DNA of 64,000 nt from Lama guanicoe (GCA_013239625.1 MU053652.1:5943902-6007901), one strand, 5' to 3'. Shown: positions 49,781-64,000, counted from the first letter of the stretch. Translations and numbers: made by a program. The notes: a model not told the origin generated them from the sequence alone.

Positions 49781-51199
49781 TGACTGCGTTGTCTCCTCCT
49801 CTGACCCCTGAGAGGAGGTCTAGTGAATGAAGGATCGCTCCAGGAAGAGAAAACAAAAGAGCACATTCACAGAATCCCCTCCCGTGGACACCTGTTTACA
49901 CCTGTATGCCCTCCACGTAATGTGAACTCCTGGAGGCCAGAGGTGGTCTCTTATCCATAGTCCCCTCCTTTAGTAAAATGAACAGTTTGCGGGGATTTTT
50001 TTTCTTCTTGTTATCGTTCCTGATCACTTGTGTTTTCTACCCCGACCCCAGTTTCTTCAGTGCTCTTTTTCACCTACTGCCTAGGGTAGATGTTACCCTA
50101 AACTTCAGTAGATGTTAGGAGAAAAGCAATGGATTAGATGATCTGCATTAAGATAGAGTTAGTTGTAAAAATCCTCTTTAACCCCCAAGTGTAAAATCCA
50201 CCTGACATTCTCATTCCTACTCCTCATTCAGACATGGTATAGTGCTCCCCGCCCTCAGTGTTTTCAGTGTCACTGTACCTTCAGTGGCCCACAGCTGTGA
50301 GTTCAAAGTTGCCCAGGTGGTGCTATTAATACAAATGCTGATTCCCTCCATCTCTTTGACCTGTCATTATCCTCTTGTTACAGCGAGGCTCTTTGGGTTT
50401 ACCTCTGAGCATTAATAAGTACAAATTCCTGGGCTGTTGCTCTGATTCAGTGGCATTCTGACTTCTAGCATCCATGGACCTCTCTAATGCTTGACTTATT
50501 CTTTAAGCCAGATCAGTTTGAGGGCCTCCATTTCTCACCCCTGACCTATTTTGTGGACTCTAGATCTGGAGTAACTTTTCAATGGAAGCCAACAGTTAAC
50601 AGCAAAAGGGAATCAATTGACAGAATTTTTTAAATGAAGAAATGCAGGCAGTTCCACAAAGCAGGCATCACTGTGAGCAAGGTCTCTGCCGTGCTCCTTC
50701 ATACAAATCCTTGACCTTCATCGGCGGTGTGGGATCTGCTTCCAGCTGTCACTAATCGAGCCCTAGACAAGGGAGCAGGGAAAGGAGGGGTCTTATAGCC
50801 AGCCCTTCAATTTCTCCCTCTTTCTGGAAACAGGGAATCAGTTCCTTTAATAAAGGGGCAAGTGTCCTCAAAGGAGAGCCTGCAAGACGGGCAGCCTGAC
50901 CTAACATCACTCATCCATACATCATCCTCGTTTCCGTTTCCACATCCTTGTGAAAAGGGACCTGACTCTTCCCACGTTTAGGTTCCCAGAGCTTTTTGCT
51001 GGAAAAATGAAGAAAGATCAGCCCCTAAATGCTCCAAGGAGCTTCAGATAGATGTCAGAGATGCTTAGTCATACCTCATTCTTCCTGAAAGTAATTTCAG
51101 AAATTCCTCCCTCATTCTAATTTCTTGAGACCCTCATCTCCCCTACCAGTCCCAGGGCTTAACCTGTTCCTTCATGCTATGAGGCTGCATCGGGGACCA

Positions 51200-51400
51200 G
51201 TATCTGTCCACTAGTTTACTCTTGCTTCTTCGTGGGCACAGAATAGACTATATTTCCCAGTCACCTGTGTATCAGTGTGCCCATGCCCCAAGTTCTGCCT
51301 GTTGCCCTAACTGACCCTTGCCATGTGATGTAACAGATTCACAGTTTCTGGGGATTAGGACATGGACATCTTTGGGAGGGGGGCGTTGTTCTGCCACCAC
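51200..51400. mobile_element. MLT1 LTR fragments
   Basis: agactatatttcccag; attcacagtttctggggattaggacatggacatctttggg. Confidence 0.7.
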
Positions 51401-51419
51401 TAACACTGTACCAAAACTT

Positions 51420-52230
51420 GGGTGATAGCCCTGTCCCTAAGGATGGTGAAACCCACTCAAGAGAACAATTACTCATGTAACAATACTGTGATAGAGATAA
51501 GTCCTGGATTACTATTATAATACATCAGAAGACCACTCAAAATAGACTGAGGACAAGAAGAGAGAAGGTGTTGTCATGGATGCATCCTTAGCTGAGCTTG
51601 GTTGATTCAATGAGAAAGAGGTAGCAGTAGCTAAATATAAGCCATGGCAAAGAGTTTGATGATTATCTAGAAGGCTGTAAGAAGCAACAAAGGCGTATTA
51701 GAGTATAGAGTGACAAAAAGCAGTTTGTCATTTAGAAAGACCATCTTCATAGCCCCATGGAGGACTGATTCGAAAAAGCAAAGCCTAGAAGTAGGAAGGT
51801 CTAAAATGCTATGACAAACATCCAGTGATTGATGATGAGAGCCGTGGCAGGAGAGATGGAGCCTGGGGCATATTCAAGAACAAGGTAGGAGATAGATTCT
51901 GTGGCACTTGGTAATTCTTAGCAAGTTGAAAGAGAAACAAAACAAGATCTAGGGTAGCTCATCTGGTGGAGGGGCTGTGATAGATGTGTTATAATTAAAA
52001 TACATGTAAGAGGAAGAGCAGGTCTGCAGAGAGAAAATCTGTTTTCAGCTGTGTTGAGCTGAATTCCCCATGGGGCATTCAGGTAGCAGTCCAGTTGGAA
52101 ATAAGTAAGTGTGGTGCTCAGAAGCAAAGTTAAGGAAGTAGTTTACATGCAGAGCTGATGGTCCAGTACCTTCTGATGGCTCATGATACCCAGTCAGGGG
52201 CATAATGTTGTCAGAGACACAGGTATCAAT
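51420..52230 (-). mobile_element. L2 fragment
   Basis: tttagaaagaccatct..ggcacttggtaatt..ctgtgttgagctg..caggtagcagt. Confidence 0.6.
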
Positions 52231-52793
52231 TAGCCACGTCTGAATGTGCTTCTCCAAGGAGTCCATTGGTACAATCCAGCCTTCCAAATCTAGGATTATA
52301 TAGGTTTGGGCTGAGCCATTCCTCAAAACAGCCAACATCAGAAAAATCAAAACAACAACAAGATCAACCAAATGAGGTGAGGATTAGGACTAGAAGAGAA
52401 AAAATGTTCCATTATCTAAATATTTTCTCTTTAAACGTTGGAGAGTGGGTAGAGGGGAAATACGAAATATTTGGCAGTACATTTTAATGAAGGTGTGGGG
52501 AGGTCTTGTCCACAGAGCTTTTCTCTAAATGAATGTTCATTAAATGAAAGTGAATCAACGTTTGAAGGAGTGCATGGCAGGAGACAGAAAAAAAGAGAAT
52601 GAGAGCAAGAAAAATACATTAAGCCAATTGAGTATAATGTGAAAATAAATTGAGGGTGTTTTTTTTTTTAGTGGACCTATGAAACTATGCAAAGTCAATT
52701 CCAAAGAGGAATTCCAAAGTAAGTGTTCTAGGCTGTGACCACAGCACCAAGAAAGTGTTTAAACTTCCAAGGGGTCACAAAAGGACATGTTTC

Positions 52794-53084
52794 AGACTGA
52801 CAGACATAGGAAACAAACTTACGGTTACCGGGGGGTGGAAAGGAGGTAGGAAGGGATAAATTGGGAGTCTGAGATTTGCAGGTACTAACTACTCTATATA
52901 AAATAGATAAACAGCAAGTTTCTACTGTATAGCACAGGGAACTATATTCAATATCTTGTGGTAACCTACAATGAAAAAGAATATGAAAACGAATATATGT
53001 ATGTATCCGTATGACTGAGACATTATACAGTCCACCAGAAATTGACATATCATAAACTGACTATACTTCAATTTAAAAAAAAAA
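52794..53084 (+). mobile_element. Young artiodactyl-type L1 3' end with polyA and TSD
   Basis: actgtatagcacagggaactatattcaatatcttg..aactgactatacttcaatttAAAAAAAAAAA. TSD ACATGTTTC at 52785-52793 and 53085-53093. Confidence 0.9.
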
Positions 53085-54924
53085 ACATGTTTCTTCAGAT
53101 GCATGTATTATAGTAAACTTGGTACAAAAATGTTTCATTTCTTTAAGCCTCATTATGTCCATTTTTTAAAAAGCTGAAAAGAGACAACACAGCTTTGGTG
53201 ATGGCAGCCTTCACTATTCTAGGGCAAAGGGCAGGGACTGAGTCAGAATTGAAGAGATTTTTGACTGTGGAGATTCAGGATCAGACCCCAAATTGTGTGC
53301 CTTTGAGTTTGATCACCATTCAAGCCAAGCTGAGGCTTTTGACATTGTAAAGAAATAGTGACAGATCAGAGGATAAAGGGAAGAATCACTGCAGATAAAG
53401 TTCGATTCACACATTTTAAAGGCAGGGGTATGCTATATACCACTGGGGTATAAGGTCAAGCTGTTAGTGGTGATGAGATGGCTGCTCAAGAGAGCAGAAA
53501 ACATTTTATGTTTTGATGACAGTAGAATGACCCACACACTGATCTTTAGTCCCTGTGTTTGCTAGAGGGAAAAAGCGAAGGAAGGCAGCAAAACAAACAC
53601 TCACAAAGCAGTTTACCAAAAAGCCATCTGTAAGCTTTGGGTCTCCTCACACTCTTCTCAGGGATGAAAACTCTATCCCCATCCGGTGCAAGTGTTCTTT
53701 CCCTTCATTTGTGAAAATAAGGCATTAGAAACAAACACCTTTGGTTGAAGCAGTATTACCCCATTATATTGAGTTCAGTTTTATATAAGATAGCCATACG
53801 TTTTTCCTAACGTACTTTGTAACCATCAAAAGTTTTACGTTTTATCGGTAGATTCCTTATAATCAGACATTATGGAATTTTGTAATTTTCAAGGTGGTAG
53901 GTGGTTTTAGAAGTCACATAGTTATTTTTTTCTACGTCATCCCTTTAAAATAATCATACAGTGACAGTTTTGGTTAAAATTCAAATTTTGCTTTCATTTG
54001 AGTCGCATACTCCCTTGTCAGGAGTCATCTGTCATAAGAATGATGATGGTTCTTACTTACTTATTTCAGAGATAACTTTTGAGGATTCAGTGAGTTAAAT
54101 AGATGTAAAGGAGGATGGAAAATTAGAGAAGGGAAGAAGGAAGGGAAGGAGGGAGGGGGAAGAGGGGAGAACAAGGTGAGAAAGGGTGTTTGTAGGATGT
54201 AGAGACAGATCTGCTCCTATTCTGGGGGTGTTCTAAATTAAAAAGAAGTAAAAATTATGAATGTTGCTTTAAAAATATGACATTGGAATTTAGAGAGAAG
54301 TAAAGGAAGACAGAAAAATAGAACTTGCTACAGAAATCAGTAAACACCTTGTATTTCTTGATTTCCTTTTTAAAGACTCAAGATTGCCTTTTATCCTAAC
54401 AGCTGCTGCTTTGAAGGGGGAAAAAAAATATCCACCCACTCCTCAAGTCTCTTGTCTGTTTGTAATTTCCCAGCTCCCTGGAGGCCTAGTGAATTGTGTG
54501 GCATTTTTCCAGAGAAAGATGGCCCAGCTAAGTACTCTCGTGGCCCGCAGCCGGGGTAAACTGGAGCTATCACAAGGCTTTCCCAATAACACACCTCTGT
54601 GAAGTCTCTCAGTGATCCCAAGGCCCTGTATTGTCATCTTTCACACACAGCAACTGTCAAAGACTACAATAGCGTGATTTCATGGGAATGGACTGAAGGC
54701 TTGACAAAATCATTTACGACCTCATTTATGACTCATTTTAGTACAATACCCAAACTATGCCTCCTGGGTTACTGGCATTTGATTGCAGCGGAATTCCTAT
54801 GGGCTTAAACTATTCATACTAATGAATACTTTATTGAATAAACATTTCAACCTTGGCCACTTTGTAAAGTTTAGAAAAGAAAATCTATGTTTACTTTCTG
54901 TTAAAAGAATTTCAAAATATGCCT

Positions 54925-55170
54925 CTGTATTGCAAGGACTCAGTTTATGGATTGTGTGCCAAGAGTTATGCAGAATGCTCAAATATATCATCTCATTTAC
55001 TGAGGTATTCCTCATAATAACTTTATAAAGTACAGATTACCCACTTTATGGGTTAAAAAAGAATCTGAGGTTCACAGAGGTTAGATAACTTTCCTAAAAC
55101 CTCCTACCTCTTAAGAAGTAGGTCTAGGGGTGGGACTTACATCTGTTTGATTCTAAAAGCCAGGTATTTA
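54925..55170 (-). mobile_element. MIR
   Basis: tgtgtgccaag..atcatctcattta..ctgaggttcacagaggttagataactttcctaa. Confidence 0.75.
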
Positions 55171-56449
55171 TTTACCTTCTCACATAGCATATAATGTTGA
55201 CTATACATTAATTTCCTTTTGAGATGGAGAAAAGTAAGATGGCCTTAGAGAGCTAAACATTTTCCTTAAAGGAGTAGAGACTAAGATCATTTTCTTCAGA
55301 AGTGCAGTAGATCATGACAAAGACTTAAGGCCACCTCCATAAGAAACATCTCTGGGCATCTATAAGAAGTTAATAATGGTGGTAAGAGCCCAAGGGGAGG
55401 TGGGCGGCACACATGTACAAAGTGTAGTCACCGAATCCTGTAGCTCTCAGCCAGCTCTGGACAGGGAAGGGGGAGAACATATGCACAACGGAGATGACTC
55501 TGGAGACAAACAATTCTAGAGACTGGAAATGGAAAGCAGATGGGAAATCTCAAGTTAGCATCTGGTTGTATCTACCTGTGGCTCCCACTGGCCGTGATGC
55601 CCGTGCAAAGTAGTCAGTGGAGATGCTGCCCTGACAAGTCCTCATCTCCACCTCAGACCAGCGTAATGGAAACTCATCAGCACAAACGAAACTTACCAGC
55701 GCAGACACAAAGCTCATCATCGCAAATGCTTTAACCTGACTCATGCCAGGCTGTGGAATTTCTAAATCAAAACCCCAGACCTTTGTGAATCAAATCTCTT
55801 CCCCTGTTCTAGAACCTGATTCTGAAATAGTCAGGTATAAAGTAACTATTTATATTGGTCTCTAAAGAATGCATCTTTAAAAACTTCCTTATATGGAGCA
55901 AGCTTAGCCTTGAGAAATGAGAAAATAGAAATAACACACTGAAGTTCTGAAAGGCATCTCTGTTCAAATCAAGGGATCTACTCAACTTGTGAAAGAGTCT
56001 TTCCTAGAAATACGTTTGTATTCTCAGCTTGATTTTTAGGTAAATAGATTTTTCTAAAAAATTAATTAGATATTAACCAAAAAAATCTAGTAACTTAAGG
56101 TCTATTATTATTTTGATTAAATAGTTGTCTTGTGGATTTTATTTTTTACAAATATGTAAATTGGTAATATGCAATATAGGGTAACACGTATTTTCAAATA
56201 TTCCGTGTCACACTCCTTTGACATAGAAATAAACGCTATCTTGAAAAATACGTGGAAAAAATTGTATGTAAAGAAAGCATGGTTATTGACCTGCCTTATT
56301 TTCTGAATTGTCTCTTTTTGAGGAAACTTGTCCACAGCTGTATGTCTCAGCCAGGTTTGACCTGCTCTCCCATCATGAAGGAGGCCAACGGTCGGCTGTG
56401 TTTGCTGAACTCTGTCCCTCCCGCCACTCATGTCCCTGGAGGGCTCACA

Positions 56450-58400
56450 TGCCTATTATATGCAGGTCCAGCAGGCTCCTGTGTGTCTCTTCATCCTACC
56501 AAGCCTGGACCTGTCCGTTAGTCACTCTAATCCTTTCCATTTCCAGTCTCTAGAATGATCTGTCTTGGGAATCAGCTCTGTTGTGCAAGCTTTCTACCTC
56601 TTCCCTGTCCAGAATTGGCTGAGAGCTACAGGATCTGGTGACTTCACCATTATACATGTGTACCATGCACTTTCCTTTGGGTTCTCCCCACTATTATTAA
56701 CTTTTTATAGATGCCCAAAGACGTTGCTCATGGAGATGGCCTTTAGTCTTTTTCATGATCTGCTACTCTTCCCAAGCAAATGATCTTACTCCCTCCTTCT
56801 TGCAAGAAAATGTTTAGCCTCTAAGGTCTCGTGTAGTTGCTTTTCTCCGTCTCATAAAAATGTTTAAGAAACTCTTATCTCCTTCCTGCTCCCCTTGACA
56901 TGTTTATTGCTGCTCTTCATCAATGGAGGAGGAGCTCGCTGGCCTAGTTTTGAGAATAACCCCTGCACTCTTGTTCATGGTCCTCCTTTTCTCTCTCATG
57001 CTTTTTCTCTCTCAGTTGCTCCCATTTCTTTAGTCTGTCTTCTGCCTACAGATATTCTCAAATATTCTGTCTCTGCATGAGAGTAGAGTGATTTTTTTTT
57101 TTAAAAAAGTGATCCTTAAAAACATCCTCAGGGAGAATGAATTTTCTTGGTTCTTGGAGTTTCTGGGCAGGGGCACAGGTGGAGAAGAGGACGGATTAGA
57201 AGTTTGGACAAAGGAGGATGTGTGACCAGAAGGAGGGAGTGAGAAACGACATTCCATTGGGGTATTTAGGAAGGGATTACTGGAATGCTGGGTGTGATAC
57301 ATCCTGAAGTCAGACTTTCTAGCAGCACCCACCTTCGGGACTCTGGGAGAACAACATAACCAGATGCCACAGGGGAGCAAAAGGTATTACAGAAAAACAG
57401 GAGTTATTACAAGCCTAACTGATCTCCTTCTCAATTTCAGTGCATTTCTGTAGAGAAATAACTTAGCTGTCAAATACACTTCCCTGGCTAACTGCTTCAT
57501 AACTCCAGATAGTTATGGAAAATGCTGCTGCCAACATGATTTTTAAATTAGGCCAATTAGACTGAAAAACCAGGAGTCTTAAGACTGACTCTATATAAGG
57601 GGGAAAAAAAACTGTTTTGAGAAAGAAATCAGGCTAGCCTTTTAGAAAGGAAAAAATAAATATGTTTATTAAATTTGCATGCCTAAATTTAAATGTCTCC
57701 TAATCCATCCAATGCAATTGCATCAAGCAGATTATTACTGAGCGCCTACTATGTGTCTAGCTATGCGAGAGAATGCAAATGTCTGGCTTAAAGTTAACAC
57801 TCTGCAAGTGGATACTGTCATTATTGAATTACCTTTTGCTAGTGTCTGAGTTCCTTCAAGCCAGGGGCTGTGCCTTTAATGTCTTGAAACCTAACCAATT
57901 CCTAGTGTAGACTAGATCATAGGAAAAACTAAATAAATGTTTAATGAAGGGAAGGAAGACCACTGAAATGAAGTATTCACTGGAACTACTTCCCCCCGAC
58001 ACGCAATGCCTGATGGCAGACACACTTTGCTTCTAATGCACACCCCATGTGCTACTGGATACCCATCTCGTTTCCAGTTTGCTTACAGCTCTGACTCCTC
58101 TTTGAAATTCTAAAAAGTGAATATAGGGACTTTAACTTTTCATGTTTTGAATGTCTAATACATTATAATGGCTACATCTCTGTAAGGGTGAAAGTTAATC
58201 TGCCTTTGCTGTTCTGGTGAGCCATTATAGGTTCTTGATTAGTGGGGGGTTATGACGATAGTAATGTTTTGGGAAGATCAAGTAATTGTGTAGAAATGGA
58301 TTGTTATGAAGAAAGACTGATGGTAGGGCTGCCAAGTAGGCATGTGGTAACAAAGACCAAGGACGAAGGTCTCAGTGAGTGTTTAAGCCACTTCTGCAGT
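56450..58400. mobile_element. Cluster of L2 fragments in both orientations
   Basis: Pyrimidine-rich + piece ~56450-57080; purine-rich - piece ~57150-57400; tails ttactgagcgcctactatgtgtctag (~57735) and ataaatgtttaatgaa (~57935). Confidence 0.5.
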
Positions 58401-58613
58401 TGACATGGCAGATACTGGGTACGGATTCAGCATATTGAATAATGGGGGTCACTGGAAATCAGGCCATGAGGGGAATGCATATAAGACTTTTTCCGAGCAG
58501 ACTTAGAGTGGTTTATACTCTCTGTGTCAGTTACTATTCACGCTTCACTCTTTTTACCGTGAGGAGTTTGAGTGAAGACAAAAGATCCTGTGTCCTGAGG
58601 GAATGCTGACTAC

Positions 58614-59095
58614 TGTGATGATCAGCTTTGTGTGTTAACTTGACCGGCCATGGGGAGTCCGGATATTTGGTCAAGTGTTATTCTGGCTGTTTCTATGAGG
58701 ATGTTTTTGGACTTGACATTTAACTAGACTGAGTAAAGCAGATCGCCTTCCCCAATGTGATAGGCCAATCAGTTGAAGGCATGAGTAAGAGAGGATGTCT
58801 CCTGCCTGACTGCCTTTGAACTGGGACAATGGCCTTTACCTGCCTTCAGACTTGAACTGAAATATTGACTTTTCCTGTGTCTTGAGCCTGACAGCCTTTG
58901 GACTGGCACTACACCAGTGACTCTCTGGGGTCTCCAGCTTGTTGATTCACCCTATGGGTCTGGGGACTCATTGGCCTCCATAATTGTTGCGTCATTATTA
59001 CATGAGCCAATTCCTTATAATCTCTTTCAATATATATATTGAAAACATATATATCATAATATATATATGGTTCTGTTTCTCTAGAGAGCCCTCAT
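58614..59095 (+). mobile_element. ERVL solo LTR (MLT2-like)
   Basis: tgtgatg..tttgtgtgttaacttgac..gatatttggtcaa..gactgagtaaagcagat..catgagccaattccttataa..ggttctgtttctctagaga. Confidence 0.88.
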
Positions 59096-60399
59096 CACTT
59101 TCTTTATAAGTTTTCCTAGTCTCTTAGGTGATTTCTCTCAGGTTTATATGACTATTGAAACAAAAAGAAGCAACACTTGATATTACTTGCATCTTCTTCC
59201 TACTAAATATACTGTCAGTGACATTAAAATTAATATCAGCCCTTACAATTTTGTGTTCTCTCCTATCTTAGAATAATAGAATTTTTATCTAAAATTCATT
59301 TCCTAGTGATATATTTAATGATTACTAGAGTCTTCTTTACTCGAATTAAGTTTTAACAAACCAGGCAACATGTAAAATGATAAATAGTTTGAAGTTAATA
59401 GAGTGAAATTTCCTAGAGGAAACAGTTCCTCAGTTACTTAATTTACTGCCATTCTTGAATAAATATGTCAAGTTCATTTTTTCCCTCTTTTTTTACGTTG
59501 AATACTGTCATCTGAAAGATTGAACATTTAAACATGTTGAGGCTCTCCCATGTTTCCAGATAGTGAAATCTTACAAGTTTTGTATGTTCTAATGTCTATG
59601 AATTCAAATAACATCTGTGAGAAAATGTGAGTTTAATATATATAACGTATGTATATTATATATATATTCATTTAGGCATGTGCACAAATATCTATATATG
59701 TACATACAAATGTATATAAAAATATGTAAGTGTGTCAACACATGCATCCATGTGTATTCTCTCTGTGAAGATTTCAGGGACACAAATATATTTATGTGAA
59801 GATAAAGTATATGCTCAAAGAATGACTGACTGATCTAGCCAGTTTTCAATATACACATAACGTAACATAATACAATTATGAAAATGAAACCCCCCCACAA
59901 TAATGTTGATGATTATGGTGATAAAACTTGCATATGGGATGGGCAAGTTTACACACCCACAAGGAAATTGGCATTGTGGCACATTATATCCAGTGATGCT
60001 GTGAACATTTTATAAAGAAGAGCAAGTCAGCTTCTCTGGGTAGTTTCTGTAGCAATTTGATATGACTGGAGCTTATGGTCTCAGGGTCTGGGTTAGAAGC
60101 ATGAAGTAAACACGCAGTAAGAGGCTTCTAGGTGACCAGACAGCCTGATTTAGTTGTTTGTCGGTAGGAGCTAGGCAGGAGAGGTCTAGTCCTTCCTGGG
60201 TCTGAGGAAGTGTTCATGAATTTGGGGGAAACCGCCAGGGCTGTGGCTATAAGGTTAATTGAATGGTACTGCCAACGGTCTTTGATAAAAGCAACACAAG
60301 AAATAGGTGCTTGGATGAGCTGTGCTCAGTGGGGTTTTTTTCCCTGACTCTTGTGCTAAAACAGTTTGACCTGGTTCAGATGAGGGTCTCTAGATGGAG

Positions 60400-61010
60400 A
60401 ATTGTTCTTTTTTAGACTCTTACTTACAACTTCTTCTTGACATAGACCCTTGGATGTTGAGTGAGTACCTCAAATTCAACTTGTGAAAAAAATTCTTGAC
60501 GCTGCAAACGCCAACTTCTTCTGTCTTAAGAGTTCCCATTTCAGTGAATTGCACAAATCTACCCTTGGATTCAGCTAAAAGCTGAGGACCACCTTTAACT
60601 CCTTCTTTCCTTCCCTACAACTACTAGTACCACCACCACCACCACCACCATCACCACCACTATTACTGAAACAGCCTCATAACTAGTCTTCCTGCTTTCT
60701 TTTTCTACAAGGCATCCAGAGTAACATTATTAAAACTGGATCACGCCTGATTGAAATTCTTCATTGACTCTACAGTATACTTGGGGGAAAATCTAAACTT
60801 GATCTCTCTGGCATAGACCTGATCTATCGCCCGCTATAACTCTTTCCCATTCCACCTGTTTGCTCCAGCAGCAATGACCTTTTTGTTTGTTGAACATGCC
60901 AAGCCCTTTTCCAACCTCACTGCCCTTTGCACCTGCTATTTCCTCTGCCTAGAAGTCTCTTATCCTGATTTGTTACACACCTCCTTGTCATTCTTTAGGT
61001 CTTTATCACT
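60400..61010 (+). mobile_element. L2 fragment containing a (CAC)n microsatellite (~60617-60662)
   Basis: acctcaaattcaac..ttcccatttcagtgaattgcac..ctttgcacctgctatttcctctgcctagaa. Confidence 0.7.
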
Positions 61011-61309
61011 TGCCATTCTTCAGTAGGCAATCAAAACCACTCCATTTTTAGCCAGAAGAAATTTAACACAGTAAATCATGCTTAGAATATTTGGAAGGGC
61101 TTGGGAATAGCTCCAGGTTGGACCTCAAAGAGTGACTCCAAGGTCTCCAACAGCTGGGCAGGGGTTTTAAGTAGGTGGGCTATGGTAGCAATTTTCTCCT
61201 TCTGCTGGTATTTCTAAGACTACATCGAAGCATTTCCCATAAAACTTGACAATTTGAATTCAATTCTAGATCTTACAATAATAAAAATCAAAAGCAAGAC
61301 TATAGTCTA

Positions 61310-61490
61310 AGGTTTTCCAATACCATTTTTAAAAGTTTATTCAGAAATCCCTGGGAGAGTGAACTAGAAACACAGATTTATTTTCTAACTTTGTTCCTGG
61401 AAATACTGATTCCTTTGGTGGAGCTCAAGAATCCATTCCTTATAAAAGCCAGCAGTGTCTCTGGTGCATGGTTAGATTTGGGAACCGTGA
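61310..61490. mobile_element. MER5-like hAT fragment
   Basis: cagaaatccctgggagagt..atactgattc..ggtggagctcaagaatcc..gatttgggaacc. Confidence 0.5.
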
Positions 61491-62179
61491 GACTAGAAGT
61501 GTCTAGTCCCTTCCATATTTGGTATGAAGATTAATAAGTACAGTAAAATTGATAATTTTACGTATGTAAACAGTGATACTAACTAAGATAAGAGCTATAA
61601 ATGGGCCAGCAGTGTGAACTGATGTGCCGCTGCGCTCCTCCGAGTCTGTATTGCCTGTGGTTGCGATTCAAGGCAGCCCAGCCCTATGTTCTGGGCCTGC
61701 AGCTGGGAGCAACTGTGACTAAACTGATTCCAAAAATAGCGGATTCATTTCATTGCTTCCTGGTTCTCTCACTGTACCTTAAAATGTTCACAGTGGAGAG
61801 CCTAGCACACTGCCCAGTGCGTCGCAAGTGCTTGGTAATTACCAGTTATATGTACATGTTTATTATAAGAAGGAAGGCAGGGAGGGAGGAAGGAAGAGTG
61901 GGAGGGACGCCTCGAGTAATGAGATAATGTGGGAGACAGCATAGAAACACATTCACTGCTCTTAAGTCGGGATGTGATTTTGACTTAGGAACATACACAC
62001 TTAACGGTCTCTCGGGAAGAAGACACCATTATGTCCTCCGCTGTGTCATGACTGGTCAAAAAGTTACATTTTGTTGGGCTTATTTTTAGGCATCTGAGAG
62101 CTTAGGTAGCTGTTTTTTAACTGAATATAACTTAAAAATAAATGTAGGAGACATTTTTATTTCATCAAACAATGTGAGA

Positions 62180-62380
62180 ATGGCCTTGGGCCAGGTGCAC
62201 TAAATCGGGCCTGGGGTTCTAGAGGCCCCTATATCACTCTTATCAAATTCTGTAATTTATTTCCACTTTTTAAACTCTAAAATGTAGGTTATAATAACTT
62301 TTTAATTATAGGGTTGTTAAGAGAACCAAATGGGCTAACGAAGGAGAAAGTGCTAAGAAATACTTTAAAGTGAGACATAA
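62180..62380 (+). mobile_element. MIR fragment
   Basis: ggcctggggttctag..ctctaaaatg..atagggttgttaagagaaccaaatgg. Confidence 0.5.
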
Positions 62381-63924
62381 AAAAGATTGACATTCTCTCA
62401 GAAACAGGTTTTTTTAAAAAAAAATCAATCATTAATTGCTAGAATGTTGAGGCATGAGTATTCAGTTCTAGTACAGTCTTCAGCTTTATTTTCATTAAAT
62501 TGAATTCCTGAATTCTTGATTTCCTTTAGATTCAACATAGTTTATTTTAGACATTGCGCAATAAAAAACAGTCTTTTATAATCATTAGTGGCCCAGAGAT
62601 TGTGATATTTTGTTGTTCTGTCTACTTTACACCAACCTCCCACTTATTAAGTCAATGGGTAAAGTCAAGTGGATGATTAAAAGAACCCTATGAACTGTCT
62701 GAACAATGTGTGCCTTGGTTCTGATGTTCTTCTGTCTCATTGCAGACCCAACACAGGTTCAGTTAACATTCTCTATCCTTTTGTGCAGCGACACTTAGCT
62801 ACCTGAACAGATTGCACACTGCCCGGGAAAAAAAAAATCAGTTTTTCAATACACCCAGATCTTATGTCTCTGAGAAATACTTTCCATCACTTTCCTTTGA
62901 GCCAATATTTGCCATTGCCCTGAAAAATATGCACTGCAGCTAGAAAGATACAACCAGCTCAGGCAAGCAAGCCCCCGGTGGGTTTAGGGCACTTCTTGGG
63001 TCCCCTGGCTCTTTATCTAGAGCCTGGAAATGACTGACACACATCGAAGGGAGAACCTCCTCAGACACTGAAAATGGCATCCTGGAGTCTGTCTGCAACA
63101 ATTTTCCAACTGTTTCAACGGTGGAAAAATGCAAAGGTGCAGAAACATAAAAGTCAAATTCAAAATGTAATAGAAAAATGAAAAGGAAATAGAAGGGGAA
63201 GATGGTGATAAAAAGAAATGTATGAATTGCTTTTTTTATTTAGTAGTCTTATCAAAGTCTTGAGGGGTGTGTTCTGTCCGTTGAAGTCCAGAGTCCTTGG
63301 GCATCTATGAAACTATCATGAATTTTTCAACTGCTTTCCATTTTAAATTTTTGAAAGCAAGGGCATTTACATTTGGCATCCACCCAGCAGATACAAAACA
63401 GCACAACAGAGCTCTTATAAGTTTTTTTTTTTTTGAATTCAATCCTCATAAAAGTGGTACAATTACAATTGAGGGAAAGCATGGAAAATGGCTTTGCCCT
63501 GAATTTTGATAGCCTTGTTGAATCGTTCAATCTACCGTCATTCCGGTCATTCTGTCATTAGTCTTTTCCTCTCAAGTCCTTTGATGGCAATCGTGTTTTA
63601 CAGATGATCCCATTAATTCACTGGAAGTCAAGTGATTAGCTCTGCTTGGCAGGCAGGTGCAGGGTTAAGATTAGATAAAAGTCCCTCAGGTTCAGGAGAT
63701 TGCTAAGCCTTGAGGGCAGCAACCAGACATTCCAAAATCACCTCTCAGCTTCCCCCACCACTTTCAAAAGAAATTTTTTTTTCCTTTGCAGAAAAAGTCT
63801 CTCAAAGATTTTAAGGATCAGGTTGCTAGAAATATATGCTTTTCTCCTCAGAAGCTGTGATGATAAATTTAGGGAGAATTTCTTGAAGCAAATATATTTC
63901 AATGTGTGCAATACACATGAAACT

Positions 63925-64000
63925 AATAACCTGGTAAATATTTATTTGACCTGCTAATGTTCCAGGCACTGCAGTAGGCTCTGTTGGGGTCACAAAGACA
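63925..64000 (-). mobile_element. L2 3' tail (cut by the window end)
   Basis: aaatatttatttgacctgctaatgttccaggcactg. Confidence 0.6.

Larger units (their letters stand above)
4969..64000 (+). other. GRM8: Very long GRM8 intron (5' 59 kb); next exon not in window
   Basis: Starts GTAAGT. The expected next peptide ([21 protein letters not shown]) is not seen in the ORF track or sequence; repeat-rich throughout. Confidence 0.88.

Noticed and set aside
59025..59044. 20-bp perfect palindrome TTTCAATATATATATTGAAA
   Set aside because: Built on the (TA)n microsatellite typical of MLT2 LTR ends; low complexity.
4969..64000. Orthologue of the human mGlu8c alternative cassette, and miR-592
   Set aside because: I looked by eye for the recalled sequences and found no convincing match. 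They may lie outside the window; a BLAST search would be needed.

Overview
Mammalian genomic DNA from inside GRM8 (metabotropic glutamate receptor 8, + strand). It is almost certainly a camelid, judged from a vic-1-type tRNA-Ala SINE at ~40.1 kb and camelid/artiodactyl-type L1 3' ends. The only coding sequence I can support is one 201-bp internal exon (4768-4968, phase 1/1) encoding part of the Venus-flytrap domain. The rest is intron: ~4.8 kb upstream and more than 59 kb downstream, with no further GRM8 exon visible. The intron is filled with L1, L2, MIR, MaLR/ERVL/ERV1 LTRs, a Charlie1 hAT transposon and microsatellites. The other ORF-track entries look spurious or repeat-derived. Most unusual observations: (1) a 379-bp TG..CA element with a 4-bp TSD, LTR-like internals and 38-bp terminal inverted repeats (18668-19046); (2) a CpG-retaining ancient AmnSINE/L2-tail-like relic (~33.2-33.5 kb); (3) a perfect 18-bp hairpin at 36475-36518; (4) a candidate poison exon whose donor sits in a hairpin just downstream of the exon; (5) L1 copies with short 3' transductions and one tail-less internal L1 insert. 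Repeat family names come from recalled consensus sequences, not a database search, and boundaries of old repeats are approximate.
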